A stretch of 62,849 bases of DNA, the filler included, from Choristocarpus tenellus KU-1152 (lineage: Eukaryota; Protista; Phaeophyceae): NCBI GenBank assembly GCA_964200185.2. It is 8 parts of 8 records of this genome, joined end to end, with 100 filler letters (N's around TTAATTAATTAA, not from the genome) between each part and the next. Parts side by side here need not be neighbours in the genome. Positions count along the whole stretch, not along the records: positions 39,727 to 53,602 come from CAXNAD020001335.1; positions 53,703 to 57,998 come from CAXNAD020015234.1; positions 58,099 to 62,849 come from CAXNAD020013199.1; 5 more parts are not named here. One strand, written 5' to 3'. Of the stretch, positions 52,950-62,849 are shown piece after piece (position 1 is the first letter of the stretch; every line of letters begins with the position of its first letter). Both the position numbers and the translations under genes were made by a program. A model generated the notes under the pieces. That model ran no database searches, had not been told where the DNA came from, and saw nothing but the letters and a program-made list of their open reading frames with translations.

Positions 52950-53207
52950 AAGCCAAAGTATCGCAGACGGTAGAGCTGCGTCCATTTGGGGACCAAAATC
53001 CAATGTTACGATTTTGATGAAATCTTGGCTATCGTGATTGTTAGGAAGTGTCAATATCCATGTTGCGGACACAACTTTTCATAACATACATACTCTACCT
53101 ACTCCGAAGTATTTTGGAGTAGAAAACGTCATAAAAGAACCCATGGGAAGCCAAACCCCAAATGGACAAACAGGGTATAACTCGTACCCTCTAAGATAAT
53201 TTCACTC
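52950..53207 (+). mobile_element. MITE family A, complete copy
   Basis: AAGCCAAAGTATCGCAGACGGTAG...TACCCTCTAAGATAATTTCACTC. Confidence 0.88.
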
Positions 53208-53376
53208 TTTTTGACATCAAAGTGGATTAGATCATGCGCCACAGATTCTTTGATGGATCGGAAGGACCAGGGACAGGTGATCTCCACGGTTAGGGATAGG
53301 GATCAGGATCGGGATAGGAGCAGAAATAGATTTAGAGCCAGAGCTAGAGCCAGAGCTAGAGGTTAGAGATAGGTTA

Positions 53377-53546
53377 GGCTCAAAGCATCTTGGGGGGGTG
53401 TCGGCTGTCCATTTGGGGGCCATTTTTCCATGTCGCAATTTTTGGGTATTTGGTTGCATGTGTCGGATGGATAATGCAAGTTCACTTCTCCTAGTCAGGG
53501 CCCAAAGGACACCCTGGTGTAGCCCCCCCCCCCCCCCCCCCCCCCC
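53377..53546 (+). mobile_element. MITE family B copy
   Basis: GGCTCAAAGCATCTTGGGG plus shared body ending in poly-C. Confidence 0.85.
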
Positions 53547-54184
53547 ACCCGCTCAAGTGTATGTGTAACCCTCCCCCCCCTCCCCACCCCCAAAAAAAAC
53601 ACNNNNNNNNNNNNNNNNNNNNNNNNNNNNNNNNNNNNNNNNNNNNTTAATTAATTAANNNNNNNNNNNNNNNNNNNNNNNNNNNNNNNNNNNNNNNNNN
53701 NNGGGGTGGGGGGGGGGGGGGGGGGGGGGTAGTGGGGTGGCGGGTGTTGTGTGGGGGGGGGGGTGACACTGGAAGTGAGAGGAACAAACCCTCTTGGGTA
53801 TGTGGGGTGGGGTGATGATGACCACCGTGTACTGTTGCGTGTCTTGTCTTTTGATGGAGTGGTGTGATCCTCCTCCTCCTTTGCTTTAGGTGATTCATCT
53901 CCAAGTTGGGTCTATGTTTGGGTCATTGTTCCTGTACCGTGTGTAGTATGTGTCCATTTCCCCTCTCTCTACTGCCCATTGCAATGTCGCTCCCTCCCTG
54001 GACCTGCAACTTCGGTGATTGTGACCTCCCTGCTGCCTGTTGGCCCTCTTCCTCCTTGTCCTCCGAAAGATGAAGGGGAAGGTGGATGTGTTTTGTCAAT
54101 CTCTCTTTTGGTAGTGACCATTGCCCCCCTCCCATCTACCCTGCTCTTGTCCCTCACCCCACGCATGTCATCTTAATGTTGCAG

Positions 54185-57100
54185 GGCATGTCCCGGGGGA
54201 AGGGCGGATCCATGCATATGTACAATAAGGCACATAACTTCTTCGGAGGGCAGGGTGAGAATGGGGGACGTGATGTGAAAGATAACAGCGAGACAGAGTT
54301 AACAGTGTTTTCCTTGTTTTTTGCTGTGTCTGTGTGAGGGTGATAGTGATGATCTGAGTGTGATGAGTGAAAGAGGGTGTGTGGAAGATGGGGGTATCAA
54401 GGTGATAGATGGACATCAAGGTTGGTGGTATATTCGGTCTGCAAAGATGTTTCACTACAGCCGTGTTGTAGCAAAACCCCCTTTGCCCGGAAAACAAAAC
54501 AAAACAAAAAACATCATCACTGGGCGGTAGGACCTACCTGAAATTGTTAGGCTGCGTTTGGAGCGTTGTGTCTTTTAGGGGTTAACTTGATCTGTATTTT
54601 TTTTACTACATCTGCGGTCGTGTTTTGAGTTTGTTTTGTATTCCTCTGTAATGTCTGTTTTTGTGTTGGTAGCACTGGGCTTGCACCGGGTGCTCGCTGT
54701 CGAGGCATTGGTGCCGCCTGCTCTGTTCTGTGCACAGTTCGGGAAACTTTTTATTTTTATTTTTATTAATATTGTTATTATGTGTTGTAGGTTTGTTTGA
54801 TCTTTCAAAGCAGATATGGCGATGAATGAGAGGGCCACGGGAAAAAAACAAAAGAACGATCCAACGATGTAAACCTGTATGCCCACTGTCCAAGACGGAC
54901 ATGTCATCTTTAGCCTGTCCGTCTCTTGTTAGACACAGCAGATGCATGGTCCCATTCTCTCGCTACCGTCTCTTGTTGAGCAAAAAACCTTACAGCCTGT
55001 TTAGTTTTTTTTTCTGTTGCCCAGGAAGACCGCTGGTCTCTAGTGTCCCTTGCTCCAGAACAATGTCTTGCAATGTGCAGCGGCTCTGTAGCATGAAAGT
55101 TGTGTTGTGTTGTGTTGTGTTGTGTGCTGGCTGTACGTTTAAGCAAGGGTTGAGTTGCAAACCCTGTTTGGAAAACAGGTGAGGCTTGCAAAAAGGCGTT
55201 TGTATATTGCAACAACTGGAGTTACAGTTACTGTCAACTTTAGTTACATGCATGGACAACCTGACCTGCCCTCCCCCTCCCTCCCCCCATTGGTGTGATC
55301 TTGCTTCAGGTATTGTCGGGGCCCAAGTCCCTGTGGGGACTGGTCTGGCCTTTGCCAGTCAGTACTATACCCCCCCTGGGGAACCTACCCCTGTGGCGTT
55401 GGCTATGTACGGGGATGGTGCAGCTAATCAGGGACAAATTTGGGAGTCGTCCAATATGGCTTCGCTCTGGAGGGTGAGGAGGACACAGGGTCGGAGGTGG
55501 GGGGGGGGGGGGGGGGGGTTACTCAGAGGTTGATTGTATATTGCATGTTACATAAAATTTCAGTTGTTGGATAGATTGGTGATGTTATTTCATGGATTGT
55601 ACGGTCCATTATTTTGTTGTAAACCCTCCCCCTCCCTTCTGTTTCAGTGAAGCACGGAGTATCTTTGTGTGTGTTGTTGTAGTGAATGCCATTAAATTGA
55701 ACACATGCTGTGTATTTTATACAGTGGCACATTCTGTTCTGTGGGAGCCCAATGCATTCGTATTGTCTTGAGTGCAGGCCCCATGTTTTAAGTCCCAGTA
55801 GGGCCAGGGTGTTCACATTGCAAGGGGTGGGGAGGAGTCTCGCTTAACATACACGTAGATGACATAAGATGCTTGTTATTGCCGTGTGTGATACATACAC
55901 CTTCATGGTCCACATACGAAGATGTGGTTGCTGCATTGTCTCAGTGGTAATTAATAACTCCTTCATCCCTTGCAGTCATCTCTACCCCAATTCTCACTCC
56001 TACTCAGAAGTTCTTTTTGTTCAAACCTCTTTTCCCCTCCCCCCCCGCCCCTCCCTATCTCCCCTCTGCTTTTTTGTTCGTGTCTCTTTCAGCTGCCAAT
56101 GATCTACTGCATTGAGAACAACCAGTACGGTATGGGTACCTCCAAGGAGCGGTCTTCATCAAACTCCACCTACTACACCATGGGGAACCACATACCGGGG
56201 ATCAGGATGGATGGCATGAATGTACTCATGGTTCGGGAGGTATGGAAGTGTTATTATTGTGGTCCAAGGGTTGGGGGGAATGATGGGATTGGATTGGTGA
56301 GATCAGTGTGTTTGGGCGCAGTTCACTACATCATTGGCTTTGGCTTGTGATTTTTCAGTTTTGACTTCACAGGCGTTTCAATTCCCTCTTCTTTTTTTTA
56401 CAGTTACATGACCGTAGGTAAAATGTCGTCCTCGTCTCTAACCCTAACCCTAAGCCCATAGTATTTGACAAGTATTGATTCTCCTCGCTACCAATGTCAT
56501 GTTGTGTACACCCGATCTCCTGTAATGATCGACGATGGCGTGGTCCGGGTCAGGGTTTCAAATTCGCCAAGGAGTGGTGCTCCAATGGCAATGGCCCGAT
56601 TTATGTTGAGGTGGATACTTACCGGTGAGCAGTCTCTTTTTGGTGTGGGGCGGTTGCTCTCTCTCTGCCTTTATCTGGCTCTGCTTTGAGTATTTTCCCA
56701 CACATAAAGGTGTTTTGAGTGCTTCTTATGACTTGTGAATAGTGTGCTTGGAAGTGTCCCATTCATTGTGTTAGGACCACTTTTGTATCATGTTTTTGTA
56801 CGATATCGTCCTGCCAACTTATCAAAGAGAGCAGCCTTCTGTAGAAGTTGTTAGTTTTGATGTTGAAGTTGAAGTTGAAGAGGGGGTGTTTGTCTCTTCG
56901 TTTTAGAAACGGAAACAGCTTGGTCTGCAAAGCAAACCCCAGAGGTTGAGAGAATGGAATGCTGTGTCTGCAATCAGATGCCCGGAGGTCTATTTTAGAG
57001 TAGGATAGCACGACTAGTGGAGGAGGTCATAAAATGGTAGTGGACTGCTATATTGAGAGATGGTCCTCGTGTTGACATATGAAGGGAATTGTAATGGTGC

Positions 57101-57731
57101 AGGTACAGGTGGGTGGGCATCTTAAGCTTCCGTGTCGATTTTCTTTACACAATGCTTTGTTTTGAATATGTCCAGGACGATCCCAAATTGGACAAATCAT
57201 ATTATTTTACATAGATATGGAGGCGTTGGTGGAAAATTGGTCCAACCGTTCTTCCTATCTCCCTTGGTTTTGCTTTTTGAGGGTACATTGTGGAAAGGTA
57301 CCTTTTTTGTGTGCTGCGCTGATCTTTTTTCATGTGTCCGTGCTCCCTGCCTACACAACAAGACACATCGATCAAAAACGCCAACCTGAATCGTCCCGCG
57401 AGTGAATTGGCTACGGGTTAAATCTTCGTTGGGATTTGCGTTAATTAGGACTGATATTGTCTTCAAGTTAAGGTGAATTTTTTTAACCTCTCAATAGAAT
57501 GCGTGGCGACAGTACATGGACCTAAGCACCAATACCGGTAATGCATTGCCTAGGTACCATGGGCACTCCATGTCCGACCCGGGAACATCCTATCGTAATC
57601 GGGATGAGGTTGTCTCTATGCGCTCGGCAAGGGACCCAGTTGAGTTTGTGAAGAACTTGATGGTTGACAACGGGTTGGCGGAGGCGTCGGAGCTGAAGGA
57701 GATCGAGAAAGACATCAGGATTGAAGTTCAG
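54185..57731 (+). CDS. PDHA1: Pyruvate dehydrogenase E1 alpha subunit (mitochondrial type), five internal exons
   Basis: Exons 54185-54254 (GKGGSMHMY), 55310-55473 (GIVGAQVP...[13 protein letters not shown] motif), 56093-56239 ([10 protein letters not shown]), 56554-56624 ([13 protein letters not shown]) and 57554-57731 ([14 protein letters not shown]). Phases join. Confidence 0.97.
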
Positions 57732-58098
57732 GTGTGTTGCTACCCTGTGGGGATGTGGATTCCTGTTAAAATGTTGTTCCTGTTGCTTTTGAAGGGGCGG
57801 GTGAGTGAGCCCATTTCTTCGGTGGCGTGTTCTTCATTTGATGTGGGGAAATGTTTTGTCTTGTGTGCTCTTGGCAAAAGGAACCATGACAGCTATTTGT
57901 GTGTGTGTGGGGGGGGGGGGGGGGGGGACCCCTTCTGTGAGGAGAGGAGAGCGGGAGGGCACACGCCTGAAATCCCGCCACCCCAGAACCCTATAGGCNN
58001 NNNNNNNNNNNNNNNNNNNNNNNNNNNNNNNNNNNNNNNNNNTTAATTAATTAANNNNNNNNNNNNNNNNNNNNNNNNNNNNNNNNNNNNNNNNNNNN

Positions 58099-58430
58099 AG
58101 AGATAGACCTGTGGGGGAGGGTAGCCCAGGAGGTCCACCGTATTGCACAGGGTGAGGGTGGTAGGCATGTGCCGAGCAATAGCAATGGAAGGAGGAGCCA
58201 AGGTCAGGCCAAGCGTCTCCAGTCCTTCTTCGACGATCTGGATAGGGCAATGGATGGAAGAATGGTGAGGTGGGGAGCTTTGTGAACAGGTCATTATAGT
58301 CAATTTGGGACGGAAAAAGATGACACAGTAGTCCATGAGACTTTTGGAGGCAATGGTGTGTACTTGTGATCTATCTTGGAGGAGTTTACCTCTCTGCAGC
58401 AGTAGGGTCTGATGTACCTGCCACAGTCTC
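58099..58430 (-). mobile_element. Non-LTR RT remnant, tentative
   Basis: LMDYCVIF (degenerate xxDD), GLETLGLTLAP and VDLLGYP occur in RT motif order. Confidence 0.35.
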
Positions 58431-58785
58431 ATTGATAGTGTTGCTTACCTCAATCAGATGCATTTTGCTTACGTAGATGTTTTTTATCGCCTAAGTCTAA
58501 CTAAAAAGATAAAACTTGCATCTGGTAAGCCTGTGCTGAAGATTACGGGTGACTGACACCAATATAAGAACCTCATCTGCTCCTTTACATTCAGCACCAA
58601 CATTAAGGCACACTTGGAGGTAATTTGGTTTGCTCCTGTTATGGACTTGACAAGCAATTAGAACTATGGGACACAATGCATATCCACTCAATGGTGCCAC
58701 TTCAAACATTCTCACTTATCCCATCAGTCAGCACACCAGGTCCAGTGGCTCACTCATGCCTTTCTCCCTCTACATGTTACATTAG

Positions 58786-61700
58786 AGGGTGAGACGAAGG
58801 GATTTTCGGAAGGAGCTAGAGCGGCTTGGAGTGGTCCTCAATGAAGGGGATTTCTTGGCCGTAATGAACTCCCTTGACCGTGGGGAATCTGGGGTGGTAG
58901 CGACTGATGAGTTTGAGGATCGCGTTGTAAGTGCTATGGATGGAGAAAGTGCAGAAAAACATGAGCCTAGCACAGAGGTAAGTGGCGCATCTTGCTTTGG
59001 CCTTTGGCATGCCATCACTGTTACATCCCTCAAAATCAGTTTTTCAAAGTCCAATTACTCTTCCAAGTGCTGAATCGAAGACATTTCCACCATGCTCCTA
59101 TGTTCATTTCATGCATCTATGAAGATGCAAGAACATGAGCGATATTCCCCTCAAATATGAATTGATTGGGACATCATCCCAAACAGAGCTTCTCTAGTAA
59201 AACGAGCATCTGAAATGGAATCCTGTCAAAACCATTCCTTTTTCCTAGCAGCAAAGCTCTTGAAAGAAAATATTTCGTTCATTGTTGGGCTGGACAGGGG
59301 TGATGCCATGCAATATACAATAGTGGTAAGCCAGTTGGGAGATAGTGGTGCAATTGAGGGGTGGGGGGGGGGATAATGGTACCAATGTATATACATCAGG
59401 TCGGGTTCCACTCCACAAAGGCACAGTTTATTTGTTCCGTTTTGTTCATTGCACCAATTATCTCTCAAGGAACACGCTCGAACATGGTGTGTTGCTCTCG
59501 ACCACAACACGATTCAAAGTAAATCTAGGGTGCTGCCCCCTCCCACTCCTCCTGCTCCTCCTCTTCCACCAGGACACAACAGAGGAAGAGGGCGAGGAAC
59601 CTGACTGGGGGCAACCTAGAGGAAGACATAGAAACCGTGGGAGAAGGGGAGGGAATAAGGAAGGCGAAGAGGATGATGTGGATACTGGCTCTAAAATTGG
59701 GGATGGTGCTCTAGATGGCCTGCGCCGAGTAGTTAGAGAAGCAGAACGACAAAAGGGTATCTCATTACTCGAGGTGTTTGAGCCTTTTGATCATCGTGGC
59801 CAGGTGTGGAAGTTTCTTCTCCTCTCCCCCACTTGCTCATTTTGGTAGCTGACATCGGGCAGAGACTCCCCCTTAAGTGGTGGAACTCAGCTACACTCCA
59901 ACGTATCTGATGACACGTTCATATCTTCCATACAACACTGTATTGGTTGGAACGATTGGTATGATCAGAATTCTGTCATCAGTGGAGCTAGCCTTGTGAT
60001 TATTAGCTAATCCTTTGATTTCCACAGTTGTTTGAGGGAGAGTGAGATGTAGCTCTGACTTTTGTTTTGGGCATTCGGTTCCATAGTTTGGTGGGTTGAC
60101 AATTACCCGTTTCAGGTAGCTATTGAGTCATCATCTGCTAGGGCCTGACCTCTACGCCACAGGTTGGCCCAAACAAAACTTTCTTAACCTTCTGTAACAA
60201 GCAAGCTACTTGAAGAGAAAATCAATGCTATTGGTGATATTAGCATGGCACAAGACACACCAATCGTGTATCATAATGGCATATATTTTCATGGGTTAGC
60301 CCCTGTGTTGACACCTCATTCCAATTACCCAAGTTTGCAGCTGTACCTCAACGACATTCCTCATATACTTGAGATGTGCCTGCCTTTGTCACACCACCCC
60401 TGGAACTTTGGCACTTGCAGGGTGAGGTCTCTGAAGAAGACTTCTGGGAGGGGCTAAAAATCCTAGGCCTTGGACATGATCTCCCTGGCCGTCATGCAAC
60501 TCGCTTGGTCACCCATTTCAAGGTCAAACTCAAATTCATGGATGCCCTGAATCTTATTCTTGAGCGTTTTACTGCTGGTGTATGCACGTTAGCTCTGGTT
60601 GCTGTTGACATTGTCCTTACCAGAGCTAGCTCAAACTGCAATATAGAAACAGCTAACTCAAAGAGTATCGGGGGCAAGATGTTTGCCCGGATTTGATTTT
60701 TTCCTCTCAGGTCATGGTCATGGCTTGTGGTTATGGCTAGGGCTAGAGTTAGATGTATTGGTACTTCAAAAGACGATAGCTATTCTGCTGATGATCTCAC
60801 TATAGGTACCATGGTAATAAAGAGTTGCCCTGGTACCTCGGTTTGAGGAACTTGAACAGGGATTGGAGGTTGATGTAAATCCATACTGGGCAGGTCAGAC
60901 GCCTTGTTTTACGTCTTTAGTTTCACAAGCACAAAGTCTATTCCGGGAAATTCTTCCCATGTGAACCTGGACCTCCCCCAGAAGGGGCGGGAGTTACCCT
61001 GGTAACTCGGGACTACTAGAACATTGGTTGAAGATAGAGAGGCACAAATGGATGTTTGAAAGTAGAGAGCCTCTAGGGGATGCATAGTATTTGCAGATAT
61101 GCACCAGCTGATGATATGTGAGAATCACTGCACACACACACCATGGAAGAAACTGGAATGAATGTGTTGTGTGAGAGTGGGTCACGTAACTGGGAGGTAC
61201 AGTAGTTGTTTCGGGGATCTTACATTGCAATGTGATAGTGCGTATCCCCTACATGTCCATACAGATCCATTTGCGCCTTCCTCGGTCCCAGCAAGTACCT
61301 CAACTCTTTGATCTCTTTCTTTTGTAGTGGGGTATGGGAGTCAATAGACCATTGCCACAAGTGTGTGAAGTTGATGCACTTGTTGTTGTTGCACATTTGG
61401 TACGATAAATGACAGGGGAGGAGGCAAGACCATGTGCGATATCGAGATTTCGTGAGGGCAGTCTCTGATTCTCAGGTACATGGCAGAAGTCGGGGTGGTA
61501 GGAGGGGAGGCTCAGGAGCAACAGGCAACAAGGATAGTCAGAGAGGCAAACGAAGCGGCGGGGATGGTATTGAGGAGCTGGTCGACAAGCTAAAAGAGGT
61601 GAATCATGTCCTGTTCCTTCCCCTCTCCTCTCACTCAGTGTCTGTATGTGAGGAAACAGGTTGTACTCTATGTACAGCTGTTTGCTAGTGCAACATGTTG

Positions 61701-62464
61701 AAGTAGCACCAAGCTATGAAAAGCCTTGAACCTAGCAGCCCTCCAGACTTTCCTGAAGCACGCCCATTTCCTGAATGTACAACAAACTGAAGGTGCTCAG
61801 GACACAGCAGAGCTTCACTCTTGAGATAATGGGATACACCACTATTCAACTAAGGCCCTAGTTTCACGCTGGACTATTATAGTTGTTCGATAGTTTATTG
61901 GTGACCATCCTGTCCTGCTAGCATTGATTGAGGTGTTCTGCCTAAACTCACAGTTGGTTGTACAGACGGTAGATTTACCTCAGCATTCATGAGCTGCCTA
62001 AATTCACAGTTAGTTGTACGTAAGGTAGATTTACCTCAACAACAATGAGCACTCTTCTCTAAGCAAGAGCATCGGGCATAACTGGTACATGCTCCAGAGT
62101 CCTATCCCTCGGTGATTTTGGTTAAATGCCTGTTCTTCAAAATTGAAATCTGCCTGTCTCTTCTCATATGTTCCCCCTCTCTCCCTGAGGGCTCCATACC
62201 CACAGTCATGCCAGTCGTGTCTCACTACCCCGTGCCGTTTTTCCTCTCTATCATCATGTATACTTCCCTCTCCTGCTCATTGCGTAGGACATTGGACGTT
62301 TGACAGAGGTGGAGGGCGGTCCCCCTTCCTTCTCCAGGGTATTCCAAGACGCAGACAAAAGGGGGCACGGGACACTGCCATGGGCGCGTTTCCGGCGATG
62401 CCTGCTTGATGAACTGGGCTTCAACCTCACAGAGGATGAGTGCACGAAATTACTTGAGTATCTG
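58786..62464 (+). CDS. Large multi-EF-hand-like protein, five internal exons
   Basis: Phase-0 exons 58786-58977 (LDRGESGVVATDEF), 59573-59803 (EVFEPFDHRGQ), 60421-60522 (GEVSEEDF), 61416-61598 (VRYRDF) and 62288-62464 (VFQDADKRGHGTLPWARF). Confidence 0.85.
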
Positions 62465-62667
62465 GTAAGCAAGCTTCAACTTTCTCCAGCTCCTCACCCT
62501 GAACCTGCACTTCTAACATGGTCACGTATGTGCACGTCCTCATTAGCTGTTGCGTTGGCACATCCTTCACCCTTTCATTGTAGAACCTGAGAATGCCAAC
62601 TTATATACCACCTCCCGTGATCCTCACGTAATTAACTCCACAGCACCCATATATCCACAGATAAGAG

Positions 62668-62818
62668 ACCCAAAGTATCTGGGGAGGGGGGTCTACACCA
62701 GGGTGTCCATTTGCCCCAAAATCAGGAAAAGTCCATTACATTATCCGACATACAGAATCAAATCACCCCAAAATCACGATATGAAAAAATTGACCCCAAA
62801 CGGACAGCCGCCGCCACC

Positions 62819-62849
<31 letters not shown>
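62668..62849 (-). mobile_element. MITE family B copy at window end
   Basis: ACCCAAAGTATCTGGGG plus shared body ending in poly-C. Confidence 0.85.

Noticed and set aside
5828-58098. Recurrent TTAATTAATTAA motif and apparent gene neighbourhoods across it
   Set aside because: Artificial linker between unrelated contigs, so no cluster or operon inference can cross it.
16-62590. Most of the short ORFs in the supplied six-frame track
   Set aside because: They are antisense or out-of-frame shadows of real exons, or read-throughs of microsatellites, MITEs and poly-G/C runs.

Overview
Eukaryotic, intron-rich nuclear DNA from a photosynthetic stramenopile, probably a brown alga or close relative (inferred from a bipartite plastid-targeting presequence, gene structure and TE types). 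The window is not one locus. It is 8 contigs joined by artificial 100-bp N44-TTAATTAATTAA-N44 linkers (5828, 11751, 24392, 35510, 39627, 53603, 57999), so adjacency across linkers means nothing. Spliced host genes I could reconstruct by exon phase: a plastid-targeted NAD(P)-binding Rossmann protein head-to-head with a kinesin, an uncharacterised protein, a GNL3/Nug1-type nucleolar GTPase (3' part), a complete 8-exon aquaporin with a GC-AG intron, an EH-domain exon, an orphan gene 3' end, mitochondrial-type pyruvate dehydrogenase E1-alpha (internal exons) and a multi-EF-hand protein. The rest is mostly decayed mobile DNA: a pogo > Copia > MITE nest, RTE-like and CRE-like LINE remnants, four MITE families (16 copies) sharing a CAAAGTA terminal core, and an intronic 28S rRNA fragment. 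I found no intact novel system. The best leads are (i) a multi-kb decayed element with KDZ/Zisupton (HMGXB3-like) transposase motifs and a speculative TET/JBP-like neighbour, and (ii) apparent CpG-directed decay among repeat copies, which implies cytosine methylation in this lineage. All assignments are by eye; no searches were run.
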